Shown piece by piece: positions 46,186 through 56,905 of a stretch of DNA of 58,980 bases (its first letter is position 1; every line of letters starts with the position of its first letter). The stretch covers positions 1 through 58,980 of the forward strand of contig JAKQGD010000155.1 in assembly GCA_029573365.1 (NCBI GenBank), in the 5' to 3' direction. This DNA comes from Bacteroidota bacterium. Lineage in GTDB: Bacteria > Bacteroidota > Bacteroidia > Chitinophagales > Saprospiraceae. The notes under the pieces are model-generated. The model was not told where the DNA came from and made no database searches. It worked only from the letters and a program-made list of their open reading frames with translations. A program made the translations under genes and the position numbers.

Positions 46186-48783
46186 TTACTCGGGTTCAAA
46201 ACCAAGTACTATGTTAAATGTTGCATATTTACCGTCTGCCGGTGTCTTGTCAAATCCCCATCCGTAGTTAAAGCCCAGGAGTCCAAACATAGGCAGAAAC
46301 ACTCTGGCACCCACACCTGCTGACCTCTTGAGATCAAATGGATTGAACTCCCTGAAAGTTTTGTATGCATTTCCTCCCTGCACCCAACCTGTAAGGTAAA
46401 TTGTGGAGTTTGGATTGAGCGAAAGCGGATACCTCATTTCCAGCGTGTATTTGTTGTATGCCGGTGCTCCCTGATAACCACCTGAAGTAGTGGGGGCTCC
46501 ATTGCCGGTGATGTCTCTGGTGTCATAGCCTCTGAGTGCAATGATTTCCTTTCCCTGGAGTCCTGCGTTCTGGTTGTTGAGTCCGTCGCCTCCCACTTCA
46601 AAACGTTCGAAAGGAGGGATGCCTATGTCATTGTTATATGCTTGCAGTATGCCTATCTTAGCATTGGCGGCAAGCACCAGTTTGTCTACAAGATTAAAAT
46701 ACCACTCGGCCAGGAATTTCCACTTGTGATATTCCAGAAATTTGAATTTGTTGGCTTCCCTAAGTTCATCTATTTTGGCCTGAACCTGTTCTTCAGTAAC
46801 CGGCCTTCCGGGACCGTTTTCAAATATAAGCTCTCTTCTGATATCTGCAATCTCCGCATCAGAAGGATTAAAAAACTTTGGTTTTTTAAACAGTGAATAC
46901 GGCGGGGTAAACTGCAGGGTCAGAGACATCCTGGAGCCACTCCTTGGAAACAATGGATCATTGATGCTACTGCGTGTAAATACCTGCTTGAAGTTGAAGT
47001 TGTTAAATGTTCCCTTTGATACGGCAAATCCTCCGGCCCTGAAATTGTCAAGTTGTATTTGTTCGATATTGAGGGTGGTAGAAGAAGAGAAAAAGTCGTC
47101 GGGCCATTTTAGCTGTGACCCCAGGCCTATGAACCCGCGGGTAATCTTGAGTTTTCCTGAGCCCGACAGTGTGTAATCAAATGCTGTTTGTACGGCTCCC
47201 AGAGTAAAGGATGTGGGCCTTTTACCTCCCAGCCAGGGCTCTGTAAACGAAAAGTTGTATGATTTAAAAAATCGGCTGTTGGACTGGAGCCTGACCGACA
47301 GTTTCTGAGCGTCGCCTTGAGGTAGGGGACTCCAGGTAGAGCGGTCTCTTACATTGGCCAGCGAAAAATTGTTAAACACAACGCCGAGTGTACCTATGAG
47401 CCCGTTAAAACCTCCGTATCCTGCTGATAGTTCGAGCTGGTCTGAAGGCTTTTCTTCGAGGGTGTATTCGATGTCGACTGTACCGTTTGACTGGTTTACC
47501 TGCGGGGTGACTCCCAGTTTTTCAGGATTGAAATACCCCAGGTTGATGATTTCCCTTTGAGATCTGATGATATTAGACCGGCTGAATTTCTGCCCCGGCA
47601 CTGTTCTGATTTCCCTTCTCACCACATGTTCATTGGTACGGTCATTGCCTTTTATGATGATGTTGTTGACAGTAAACTGTGGTCCTTCGTAGATACGCAT
47701 CTCGATGTCTACTGAGTCATTTTCTACGGCTATTTCTACGGGATTGACCTCAAACGAGAGGTATCCGTCATCGAGGTACAAAGAGGATATGTCTCTGCCA
47801 TCCAGACTGAATTTTAGTCTGTTCTGAAGCAACTCGGGGTTGTAAACATCGCCTTTGGTTATGCCGAGGATGGTGTACAGCTGCTCAGATGTATACAGGC
47901 TGTTTCCTTTCCAGGTGATGTCACGGAAATAATGCCTCTTGCCTTCGTCTATCTTTATATCTACCATCATGTTGCCATCCTTGCCTCTGTACGTGGTGTC
48001 ACGTATGATGGCCATGTTTTTGTAGCCCTGATTGTGGTAGAATGTGGTCAGAGCCTTGAGGTCCTCATCGTATTCTTTTTCGATAAATTTGGACTTGCGG
48101 AAAAGGGTCCCCTTTCTTTTGGTTTTGCCCATTTTCTTGCGGAGTTTTCTATCGGAATAGCTATTGTTACCTTCAAATGATATGTCCTCCACTTTTACCC
48201 TGTCTTTGGGGTTTACATCAAATTCCAGTCTGACGCTTCCTTTTTTGGATTCATCCGGATATTCATTGACTTTTACGGCAACATCATAGTGTCCTTTTCC
48301 TATGTAATATTCACGTATTTTTGCCATGGCCAGTTCCTTCTGGTCGTCAGTGACAATGCCTCCTTTGGTAAGTATGTTTTTGACAAAATCATTGAGGTCT
48401 TCCTGTTTTGAAGTTTTTATGTTTTTGTATGACCATCTCGATAGAGTAGGCCTTTCCACCAGCACCATTCTGAGGAAAACTACTTTGCCATCCACGCTGT
48501 CGCGGTAGATTTGTACGTCTTCAAAAAGTTTGAGTTTTATCAGGGCCTTGACCGCACCTGTGATATCTGGTCCGGGAACCTGTACTTTCATACCTTCCTT
48601 TAGGCCAGCTATGGACTTTATGGCATTGCGGTCCCGGTTTTCAGCTCCTATGATGGTGATGCCTCCTATTTCATAGGTTTCCTTGTCGCTGTAATCGATG
48701 ATTTCGTTCTGAGCTCTTGACTCCTGCACAAAACAGGAGATTAAAAGGGGGAGCAGCCATATATTTTTAAAGAAAGATTTCAT
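46186..48783 (-). CDS. bamA: Outer membrane protein assembly factor BamA
   Basis: 865 aa with a signal peptide and POTRA repeats (e.g. YEIGGITIIGAENRD, VKVEDISFEGN, YFRDITWKGN, FTVNNIIIKGNDRTNEHVVRRE). C-terminal beta-barrel ends ...FNIVLGFEPE. Confidence 0.95.
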   Translation of the reverse strand: MKSFFKNIWLLPLLISCFVQESRAQNEIIDYSDKETYEIGGITIIGAENRDRNAIKSIAGLKEGMKVQVPGPDITGAVKALIKLKLFEDVQIYRDSVDGKVVFLRMVLVERPTLSRWSYKNIKTSKQEDLNDFVKNILTKGGIVTDDQKELAMAKIREYYIGKGHYDVAVKVNEYPDESKKGSVRLEFDVNPKDRVKVEDISFEGNNSYSDRKLRKKMGKTKRKGTLFRKSKFIEKEYDEDLKALTTFYHNQGYKNMAIIRDTTYRGKDGNMMVDIKIDEGKRHYFRDITWKGNSLYTSEQLYTILGITKGDVYNPELLQNRLKFSLDGRDISSLYLDDGYLSFEVNPVEIAVENDSVDIEMRIYEGPQFTVNNIIIKGNDRTNEHVVRREIRTVPGQKFSRSNIIRSQREIINLGYFNPEKLGVTPQVNQSNGTVDIEYTLEEKPSDQLELSAGYGGFNGLIGTLGVVFNNFSLANVRDRSTWSPLPQGDAQKLSVRLQSNSRFFKSYNFSFTEPWLGGKRPTSFTLGAVQTAFDYTLSGSGKLKITRGFIGLGSQLKWPDDFFSSSTTLNIEQIQLDNFRAGGFAVSKGTFNNFNFKQVFTRSSINDPLFPRSGSRMSLTLQFTPPYSLFKKPKFFNPSDAEIADIRRELIFENGPGRPVTEEQVQAKIDELREANKFKFLEYHKWKFLAEWYFNLVDKLVLAANAKIGILQAYNNDIGIPPFERFEVGGDGLNNQNAGLQGKEIIALRGYDTRDITGNGAPTTSGGYQGAPAYNKYTLEMRYPLSLNPNSTIYLTGWVQGGNAYKTFREFNPFDLKRSAGVGARVFLPMFGLLGFNYGWGFDKTPADGKYATFNIVLGFEPE

Positions 48784-48913
48784 GCAGGTAATACTTATGC
48801 TTTTGCAGTTTCAAACGATGATACACCCAGGGACGCTGTTTTCAGTATCTTTTTTAACTTTTCCTTAATGGTTTTCATGCCGTGGTGACTGATTTGGATT
48901 GATTAATGATTGG

Positions 48914-49666
48914 TCAGATTGCTTCAGCAAGCTGTTCACTGGTTTTGCCAAATCTTCTCTCCCGCGACTGGAAGTCCAAAAGGGCACTGTAAAAATGATT
49001 TTTTCGGAAATCTGGCCACAACACATCTGTAAAATACAGCTCCGCATACGCTGCCTGCCACAAAAGGTAGTTGCTGATGCGGTATTCGCCGCTGGTTCTT
49101 ATCATCAGCTCAGGGTCAGGAAAATCACGTGTGGTCAGATATTGTGAAAAAAGGTCTGTATCTATGCTGCCTATATCGATTTTGCCGTCACGTACGTCTG
49201 TGGCTATGGATTTTGCCGCTTCTACTATTTCCCACCTTGACGAATAGTTTAAGGCCAGGATAAGCGTCATGCGATCGTTTTTACTGGTTTGCTCTATCCC
49301 ATCCAACAAAGCTTTCCGCGTTTTTTCGGGGAGTTTTTGCAGATCTCCTATTGCTTTTAGCCTGATGTTGTTTTTATTGAGTGTAGCCAGTTCCTTTCTT
49401 ACTGTGTCCACGAGAAGAGCCATGAGTGCATTGACTTCAATGGCCGGCCTTGACCAGTTTTCTGTAGAAAAAGCATACAGAGTAAGATATTTAACGCCGA
49501 TCTCAGCGGCAGCCTCTGTCACTTCGCGTACTGCTATCACCCCATTGCGGTGACCAAAAACTCTTGGTTTGCCCTTTGTCTTAGCCCAACGCCCGTTGCC
49601 ATCCATGATTATGGCCACATGAGCAGGTAACTTTTCAGGATTGATCTGATGAAAGAGGTCCGACAT
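48914..49666 (-). CDS. uppS: Isoprenyl transferase (undecaprenyl diphosphate synthase)
   Basis: 250 aa. HVAIIMDGNGRWA, LTLYAFSTENWSRP, IRTSGEYRISNYLLWQAAYAELYF. Confidence 0.96.
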   Translation of the reverse strand: MSDLFHQINPEKLPAHVAIIMDGNGRWAKTKGKPRVFGHRNGVIAVREVTEAAAEIGVKYLTLYAFSTENWSRPAIEVNALMALLVDTVRKELATLNKNNIRLKAIGDLQKLPEKTRKALLDGIEQTSKNDRMTLILALNYSSRWEIVEAAKSIATDVRDGKIDIGSIDTDLFSQYLTTRDFPDPELMIRTSGEYRISNYLLWQAAYAELYFTDVLWPDFRKNHFYSALLDFQSRERRFGKTSEQLAEAI

Positions 49667-49950
49667 TTCGGTTTGTAAAAAATTGCGACTGCAAAATTAA
49701 GAAAAATTCGGTGCAGGACTATGATTGATGACAATATATTAGCTCTGTTGCTTTAAAATAAACATCAGAGTGCAAATCAGGGCAACAAAAAACCACATTA
49801 TCAGGTTCTAAAAACATTATTAGGGCAGAATATCGCAGAATCATTTTAAAACCAGGATTTTTTAGCCAATGAATGCCGGACAATCAGCAGAAAACAAAGG
49901 ATGTAACCTTTTTAGCAAACATATTAAATCACCTTTAAAACACTTCTTAA

Positions 49951-52695
49951 ATGAAAAAAAATTGGCAGCTTTTAGCATTTCTTCTTCTTATTTGTCATAG
50001 CTGTATGCTGACAGCTCAGAATTTGCCCACTGGTATGACGAAGGGGGCCTCTGTCGAAGGTATCACAGAGTACAATTTAGAGAATGGACTGAAAATCTTA
50101 TTGTTTCCTGATCCGTCAAAGCCCACCATCACCGTAAATATTACCTACCTGGTTGGTTCGCGGCACGAAGGCTACGGCGAAACAGGCATGGCCCATTTGC
50201 TGGAACACCTGGTATTTAAAGGGACTCCCCGACATCCCAATATCCCACAGGAACTGACAGAACACGGGGCCAGGCCCAATGGAACCACCTGGTATGATCG
50301 TACCAACTATTTCGAAACATTTAATGCCACAGAGGAAAACCTCAAGTGGGCCCTCGACATGGAAGCCGACAGGATGGTCAACAGTTACATAGCCAAAAAG
50401 GACCTCGACTCTGAGTTCTCTGTGGTCAGAAATGAATTTGAATCAGGCGAAAACGACCCTTCAGGAGTGTTGATGGAGAGGGTGCTAAGCACGGCCTACC
50501 TTTGGCACAACTATGGAAACAGCACCATAGGCTGCAGGGCTGATATCGAAAACGTTCCGATCGAAAGGCTGCAGGCCTTTTACAGAAAATATTATCAGCC
50601 CGATAATGCTGTACTTACAGTTACCGGAAAGTTTGATCCAGCCAAAACACTCGGTTTTATCCATACTTATTTTGCCGGAATACCACGGCCTGACCGCAAA
50701 CTGGACCGCACTTATTCCAGGGAACCCGTGCAGGACGGTGAGCGTCAGGTCACATTGCGTAGGACCGGTGATGTGCAGGTGGTGAGCTGTTCGTACCATA
50801 CAGCCCCGGGCTCGCACAAAGATTATGCTGCCATATCGGTTATTGACGAGATACTTTCAAATGAGCCATCAGGAAGACTCTATAAATCATTGGTGGAAAC
50901 CAAAAAGGCATCCTATGTATGGAGCTTTGCTCCGAGTCTCAAAGAGGCAGGTTTTATATATATCAACGCCACACTAAGGAAGGAAGACAATCTAGAAAAT
51001 GTTAAAAATACAATGCTTGCCACGCTGGATAGTCTCAAATTAAACCAGCCAACCAAGGAGGAACTGGATAGGGCAAGAGGTCGATTGCTGAAACAATGGG
51101 AACTGGGCTTCAACTCTTCTGACCGGGTAGGACTCAATATCAGCGAATACATAGCCCAGGGTGACTGGAGACTTTATTTCCTCTACAGAGATGCCCTCGA
51201 AAAAGTAACGCTCGAAGACGTAGTACTTGCCGCTTCTAAATATTTTAAACCTTCAAACCGTACCATTGGTATATTTATTCCCGAGGAGAAACCTGACAGG
51301 GTAGAAACTCCGGAGGCTCCTGATCTGGCCTCGCTGGTAGACGGATATAAGGGCAAGGAACTGATTGCCCAGGGCGAAGAATTTGACCCTGATTTTGCCA
51401 ATATAGAAAAACGGACTTTTAAGGTAGCCGAAAAAAGCGGCATGAAAGTAGCTTACCTTCCTAAACAAAACCGCGGTGATGCCGTCAATGCAAACATCAC
51501 GCTCAGGTATGGCACTCCGACTTCCTTGCTTGGTAAGTCATCAGTGGCCCAGCTGACAGCAGCAATGCTCGACAAAGGTACCGCTTCTCTGTCCAGACAG
51601 GCCATCCAGGATAAGCTTGATGCCATCAAGGCCAGGGTCAGTGTCTTTGGTGGACAATCAAGCATGACATTTAACATTGAGACAACAAATCAAAACCTCT
51701 CTCAGGTTCTCGATCTGGTAAGCGATATGGCTCATAATCCGGCATTCAGTCAGGAGGAGTTTGACAAACTCAAAAACGAAAGGATAGCTTCTATGGAAGA
51801 GCAGCTTTCTGATCCGGGAGCTATCGCAAGCAACCGCATGGAAATTATCACCAATCCATATCCCAAAACTGATGTCAGGCATGTAAAAACCATGAAAGAG
51901 GATATAGAAGCTCTCAAGGCGGTTACACTTGACGATGTAAGGAAGTTTTACAAGGATTTTTATGGATCCAGTGAGGCAACGGCATCGATTGTTGGAGATT
52001 TTGACAAAGACGCAGCAGCTGCTTTGATTACCAAAAATTTTGGCAACTGGAAGTCTCCGGGCAAATACGAAAGAATCACCGACCCATATATGAAAATAAC
52101 TCCAGTTGACGAAAACATAAATACACCGGATAAGGCCAATGCTATGTTTTTCGCTCGCCTTCCTCTGCAGATAAACGACAGTCATCCGGATTATGCCGCT
52201 ATGGTCATTGGCAATTTTATGCTGGGTGGTGGATTTCTGAATTCCAGGCTGGCGACAAGAATCAGACAAAAAGAAGGCCTTAGCTATGGTGTAGGATCCT
52301 GGTTTTTTGGCAGCTCTTTAGATGATTCCGGTGAGTTTGGAGCCTACGCCATTTATGCTCCGGAAAACAGAGACAAAGTGCAGGCTGCTTTCAAAGACGA
52401 GATAATGAAAGTCAAAAAAGATGGATTTACTCAGGAAGAACTTGACGCAGCAAGGTCAGGCTGGATACAGGGACAGGTAGTCACAAGGGCTCAGGACAGG
52501 TCATTGCTCGGCAAACTGGCAAACAACATGAGGCTCGACCGCACAATGGAATGGGACAAGGCCCTCGAGGAAAAAATCAAAAAACTCACAGTGGCAGATA
52601 TCAACAAGGTCATGGCAAAATATATGAACGCTGACCAGATGATTTATATCAAAGCCGGAGATTTTGAAAAAGCATTCAAGGAGAAAAAACCATAA
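49951..52695 (+). CDS. M16 (pitrilysin/insulinase) family zinc metallopeptidase, double-length
   Basis: 914 aa with a signal peptide. Inverted zinc motif GMAHLLEHLVFKGT (HxxEH), then a second, inactive M16-like half. Confidence 0.9.
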   Translation: MKKNWQLLAFLLLICHSCMLTAQNLPTGMTKGASVEGITEYNLENGLKILLFPDPSKPTITVNITYLVGSRHEGYGETGMAHLLEHLVFKGTPRHPNIPQELTEHGARPNGTTWYDRTNYFETFNATEENLKWALDMEADRMVNSYIAKKDLDSEFSVVRNEFESGENDPSGVLMERVLSTAYLWHNYGNSTIGCRADIENVPIERLQAFYRKYYQPDNAVLTVTGKFDPAKTLGFIHTYFAGIPRPDRKLDRTYSREPVQDGERQVTLRRTGDVQVVSCSYHTAPGSHKDYAAISVIDEILSNEPSGRLYKSLVETKKASYVWSFAPSLKEAGFIYINATLRKEDNLENVKNTMLATLDSLKLNQPTKEELDRARGRLLKQWELGFNSSDRVGLNISEYIAQGDWRLYFLYRDALEKVTLEDVVLAASKYFKPSNRTIGIFIPEEKPDRVETPEAPDLASLVDGYKGKELIAQGEEFDPDFANIEKRTFKVAEKSGMKVAYLPKQNRGDAVNANITLRYGTPTSLLGKSSVAQLTAAMLDKGTASLSRQAIQDKLDAIKARVSVFGGQSSMTFNIETTNQNLSQVLDLVSDMAHNPAFSQEEFDKLKNERIASMEEQLSDPGAIASNRMEIITNPYPKTDVRHVKTMKEDIEALKAVTLDDVRKFYKDFYGSSEATASIVGDFDKDAAAALITKNFGNWKSPGKYERITDPYMKITPVDENINTPDKANAMFFARLPLQINDSHPDYAAMVIGNFMLGGGFLNSRLATRIRQKEGLSYGVGSWFFGSSLDDSGEFGAYAIYAPENRDKVQAAFKDEIMKVKKDGFTQEELDAARSGWIQGQVVTRAQDRSLLGKLANNMRLDRTMEWDKALEEKIKKLTVADINKVMAKYMNADQMIYIKAGDFEKAFKEKKP

Positions 52696-52720
52696 TGGTT
52701 TATTCTTTAGACCAATAAAT

Positions 52721-52755
52721 GAAAAAGGGGATTTTTTGGTCCCCTTTTCATTTTA
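52721..52755. terminator. Bidirectional intrinsic terminator between convergent genes
   Basis: 9-bp stem aaaagggga / tcccctttt with loop ttttttgg; A-rich upstream and T-rich downstream. Confidence 0.65.
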
Positions 52756-52771
52756 TACTAATTAAAACCAT

Positions 52772-53836
52772 TTATTCAGGGTCCAGTTTGACGTATTTAC
52801 GGGCATAATCTATGTTTTTACCTTCAATCCTCAGAAGATAAACACCGCCGGGAACATTGTTTATATCGATGCTGTGGCTGTCCTCATTGGACAGGTTTTT
52901 AATCAACATAATATCACCTGATATGTCTCTGAGTGTGACCTTAAGGTTACCGTGGTCATATTTGTGTACCGTAAACCTCAACTCATTGGTGCCGGGATTT
53001 GGAAAAACAGATACAACTTCCATCCCTTCTCTTTGCATTGACATCACTTTGCTCATTGTTTCCTTGCCTTCGTAGTCTACGGCTTTTACTCTGTAATAGG
53101 TCATTTCATACGGTTCGTAGTCAATGGCAGAATATGCTTTGTGACTTTCTTCACCGCTTTTTGAAATAATCCTGGCAAACGCAGTCCATCTGGAGCCATC
53201 ATTGCTTTTTTCTACATCAAAGTAATGATTGTTCCATTCGCTGGCTGTGGTCCAGTTAATCATATTTGTAGAGTAAAGAGGTACCACCTCTATGCCTGCC
53301 ATTTCTATGGCCAAAGGCGTTTGTGCCTTATAAACGTCGCAAAGACTTACCTGAGCATTACTGTTGACACAAAGGAAGAGATCAATATAGTCCCCGGGAT
53401 TAGGGGAGAAATTTAAATAAGTCTGGGAACCACTGTGAAAGGCCAGTTCATGGCAATGGTTTGCTTCCATCTGGTATGCTCCGTCGAGATTACCTGTACA
53501 GCCCATACCTTGCCCTACCTTGGCTGTAGCATACATAAAAGTTGTATCATCCAAAATAAATCTGAACTTGTAGCAATGGTGCATCAAAGGCATTCCGTTG
53601 TCCATACAATCCGGACAGGTCACAGGGTCTATGTCACCGCTAAACTCCGCTCCCGGTCCTGATCCAAATTCAGGAAGAGTTGAAACATAAATCAATTGTT
53701 CACATCCTCCACAATCTACATCAGGATTAGGACACATCGGGTCCCACTGAGCGATAAGGATGTGAGTCATGAAAAATAAAACAACCATCCACGACAATCT
53801 GAGAAAATGTTTCTCCAATTTTGTTAAAAGTCTCAT
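52772..53836 (-). CDS. Secreted Cys-rich hypothetical protein with T9SS type-A C-terminal sorting domain
   Basis: 354 aa. C-terminal VSVFPNPGTNELRF...GGVYLLRIEG...KLD is a por-secretion tail. The N-terminal part has many Cys (CPNPDVDCGGC, CPDC). Confidence 0.85.
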   Translation of the reverse strand: MRLLTKLEKHFLRLSWMVVLFFMTHILIAQWDPMCPNPDVDCGGCEQLIYVSTLPEFGSGPGAEFSGDIDPVTCPDCMDNGMPLMHHCYKFRFILDDTTFMYATAKVGQGMGCTGNLDGAYQMEANHCHELAFHSGSQTYLNFSPNPGDYIDLFLCVNSNAQVSLCDVYKAQTPLAIEMAGIEVVPLYSTNMINWTTASEWNNHYFDVEKSNDGSRWTAFARIISKSGEESHKAYSAIDYEPYEMTYYRVKAVDYEGKETMSKVMSMQREGMEVVSVFPNPGTNELRFTVHKYDHGNLKVTLRDISGDIMLIKNLSNEDSHSIDINNVPGGVYLLRIEGKNIDYARKYVKLDPE

Positions 53837-54013
53837 GGTTTAAAATTTAATAGTGATGTTATTGAAAAATACCAATACCAACAGTATCAATATAAGTTGT
53901 ATTTTTCGCAAATCAATGACCTGTGTCACCTTGAGTCATGATTAAATACATGATGATTATAAAGTGTTAAAATACAATACTTTATAAATTAAAAACCAAA
54001 CTTGCTTATTGGG

Positions 54014-55651
54014 TCAGCTTAAATATTTTCCTACAATGGGCATTCTGCGGCCGACTCCAAATGCCTTTGGACTTACTCTGAGCACAGGTGCAGTCTGATG
54101 TCTTTTGAATTCATTTATATTCACCATTCTCAAAATTCTTTTCACGAGAACTGGGTCATATCCCATGTCTATGATGTCCTGAGGCCCCTGCCTTTTTTCG
54201 ATGTACTGATACAGAACAGGATCCAGAATGTCGTATTCGGGCAGGCTGTCCGAGTCTTTCTGTCCGGGTCGCAACTCCGCCGAAGGTGGTTTACTGATTG
54301 AGTTAATCGGTATTACCTCCTCGTCTTTGTTGATGTAGGCTGCCAGTTGATATACTTCCGTTTTATATACATCACCAATGACCGACAGGCCGCCGCAAAG
54401 ATCGCCATACAGGGTGCCATATCCCACAGCCATTTCGCTCTTATTGGTGGTATTTAGGAGTATGTGGCCAAATTTATTTGAAAGGGCCATGTTGAGAGTT
54501 CCTCTGATGCGTGCCTGGATGTTTTCTTCAGTCACATTAAAGGGCAGGTCCCCAAAAACAGGCGACAGTTTTGTCATGAAAGCATCATACACATCCTTTA
54601 TAGGAATGATATCATGGACAAGCCCCAGCTTATTAACCAGGGCCATGGCGTCATCTACGGAATGGTGCGTCGAAAACTGTGACGGCATCAGCAATACCCT
54701 TACATTTTCCGGTCCCACCGCCCTGGCTGCCAATACTGCCGTCACGGCCGAATCTATTCCTCCGGACAGGCCAAGGATGGCCTTCGAAAATCCCAGCTTC
54801 CTGAAATAATCCCTGATACCCATCACTATCCCATCGTGTATAAGGGCCGTCTTGTCTTTGGGCTGTTCACGATTTAGGTCCCCAGCCATCACCTTATCCA
54901 GGGAGTAGTGCCTTATACACTCCTCAAAATATGGCATTTCGTCATGTACAAATCCGTTTTGGGATACTATCAGACTGCCACCATCAAAAAGAAGCTCTGT
55001 CTGGGCCCCACAGTGGTTGATATAAAACATGGGTATGCCATACCTTAGCACATTTGCCTTGACGGTATGTATCCGGTTTTTGGCATGACCGTAATTAAAT
55101 GGCGAAGCAGACACATTGATGATAAATTCAGGTGAAAACTTCATCATTTTATCCAGGGGAATGACTGTATACAAAGGGTCATCTGTACCCACATCCCATA
55201 TATCCTCACAAACGGTGAGGGCTATTTTGCGGCCCTTGTACTCCACTATTTCCCACGTCTTTGAAGGCTCGAAGTACCGGTACTCGTCAAAAATATCGTA
55301 CGTAGGCAGGAGGGTCTTGTGTTGAACAAATTTGACCTCCCCATCTGCCAGAAAATACACCGAATTGAACAGGCTCTTGCCTTTGGGTTCTTTGTTGTGC
55401 GAAGGAGCTCCTACCACCACTGCTATATCCCGGGCATGACTACACAGGGTGGCTATGGACTCATCTGAAAGCCTAATAAAATCATCAAACTCCAGAAAAT
55501 CTCTGGGTGGATATCCGCAGGTGGCAAGCTCGCTGAAACATACAATGTCAGAACCTGCTTCCTTTGCTACCTTTATGGCTTCGACCATCTTTGCGGTATT
55601 CCCCTCAAAATTTCCTATGTGATAGTCCAGTTGTGCTATGGTGATCTTCAT
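54014..55651 (-). CDS. nadE: Glutamine-dependent NAD+ synthase
   Basis: 545 aa. N-terminal nitrilase/CN-hydrolase domain (KITIAQLDYHIGN, FSELATCGYPP, LTVCEDIW) plus the synthetase domain GLSGGIDSAV. Confidence 0.95.
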   Translation of the reverse strand: MKITIAQLDYHIGNFEGNTAKMVEAIKVAKEAGSDIVCFSELATCGYPPRDFLEFDDFIRLSDESIATLCSHARDIAVVVGAPSHNKEPKGKSLFNSVYFLADGEVKFVQHKTLLPTYDIFDEYRYFEPSKTWEIVEYKGRKIALTVCEDIWDVGTDDPLYTVIPLDKMMKFSPEFIINVSASPFNYGHAKNRIHTVKANVLRYGIPMFYINHCGAQTELLFDGGSLIVSQNGFVHDEMPYFEECIRHYSLDKVMAGDLNREQPKDKTALIHDGIVMGIRDYFRKLGFSKAILGLSGGIDSAVTAVLAARAVGPENVRVLLMPSQFSTHHSVDDAMALVNKLGLVHDIIPIKDVYDAFMTKLSPVFGDLPFNVTEENIQARIRGTLNMALSNKFGHILLNTTNKSEMAVGYGTLYGDLCGGLSVIGDVYKTEVYQLAAYINKDEEVIPINSISKPPSAELRPGQKDSDSLPEYDILDPVLYQYIEKRQGPQDIIDMGYDPVLVKRILRMVNINEFKRHQTAPVLRVSPKAFGVGRRMPIVGKYLS

Positions 55652-55867
55652 GGGATGGTGTATAACTTATTTATCGTGTGCCTTGAGACTTATATGACAG
55701 TGCGAAAGTAACAAAATAGTGCCATACAGCAGTCGAGGCAGCCAAATATTGAATTCCCGCCCGGGCAACGTGGATGTTTCCCTGCATTATTTTATCCGGG
55801 CGGGATGTCAGGGCAAGCTAAATTGATTACCTTTGCCGTTTAGGTTTTATAAACATATCAGCACTAT

Positions 55868-56905
55868 ATGTCAGCAGATGTTTTTGTTTGGGTTAAGGAT
55901 TTACTCCAGTCTATACATGATGCCAGAATCAGCAATCAGGAAGAACTCGATGCATTCAGAGTAAGGTTTCTGGGCACCAAAAGTGAAATAAAATCATTGT
56001 TTGGGGAGATAAAAAACGTAGACAATGACAGAAAGAAAGAATTTGGCCTCCTGCTCAATGAGGTAAAACAGGCCGCTGAAGAGAAATACGAGTCATTAAA
56101 AACCCTTCTTGAGGGCCAAACAGGAGGTCAGTCAGATTCCGGCTTAGATCTCACGGCACCCTGCGAACCCATAGCCATAGGGTCCAGGCATCCTGTTTCC
56201 ATCATCCTAAATCAGATTATTGGCATTTTCAGCCGCATAGGATTTACTGTGGCAGAAGAAAGAGAGATAGAAGACGACTGGCACAATTTTACAGCCATGA
56301 ATACGCCGCCCGATCACCCGGCGAGGGATATGCAGGATACCTTCTATCTTAAAGACAGTACCACACAGCTGCTGAGAACCCACACCTCTTCCGTTCAGGC
56401 CAGGATTATGACCTCACAGAAACCGCCCATAAGGATTATAGCTCCCGGTAGGGTATACCGCAATGAGACCATTTCTTCGAGGTCACATTGTCAGTTTCAT
56501 CAGGTAGAGGGTCTCTACATCGATGAGGGTGTCTCCTTTGCAGATATGAAACAGACACTGCTTTATTTTGCCAGGGAGATGTACGGCCCACAGACAAATA
56601 TCAGGCTAAGGCCTAGTTTTTTCCCGTTTACTGAGCCAAGTGCAGAAATGGATGTGTATTGGGGCCTAAAGACCGAGGATGATTACAGAATCACCAAGGG
56701 GTCAGGATGGCTCGAAATCCTGGGCTGCGGTATGGTCGACCCTAATGTGCTGGAAAATTGCGGCATAGATCCTGCCAAATATAGTGGATTTGCCTTTGGC
56801 ATGGGGATAGAAAGACAAGCTATGCTTAGGTACAAAGTCACGGATATAAGGCAGTTTTTTGAAAACGATGCCCGCTTTTTGAGTCAATTCAGCGGTGTGA
56901 TCTGA
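55868..56905 (+). CDS. pheS: Phenylalanine--tRNA ligase alpha subunit
   Basis: 345 aa. HPARDMQDTFY, LLRTHTSSVQ, PGRVYRNE, FHQVEG, FPFTEPSAE, GFAFGMGIER. Confidence 0.97.
   Translation: MSADVFVWVKDLLQSIHDARISNQEELDAFRVRFLGTKSEIKSLFGEIKNVDNDRKKEFGLLLNEVKQAAEEKYESLKTLLEGQTGGQSDSGLDLTAPCEPIAIGSRHPVSIILNQIIGIFSRIGFTVAEEREIEDDWHNFTAMNTPPDHPARDMQDTFYLKDSTTQLLRTHTSSVQARIMTSQKPPIRIIAPGRVYRNETISSRSHCQFHQVEGLYIDEGVSFADMKQTLLYFAREMYGPQTNIRLRPSFFPFTEPSAEMDVYWGLKTEDDYRITKGSGWLEILGCGMVDPNVLENCGIDPAKYSGFAFGMGIERQAMLRYKVTDIRQFFENDARFLSQFSGVI

Noticed and set aside
55774-55821. A short ORF (MFPCIILSGRDVRAS) inside and after the GC-rich hairpin upstream of pheS, considered as a Phe-rich attenuation leader peptide.
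   Set aside because: It has only one Phe codon, no run of regulatory codons, no terminator/antiterminator alternative and no U-run. It does not look like a pheM-type leader.
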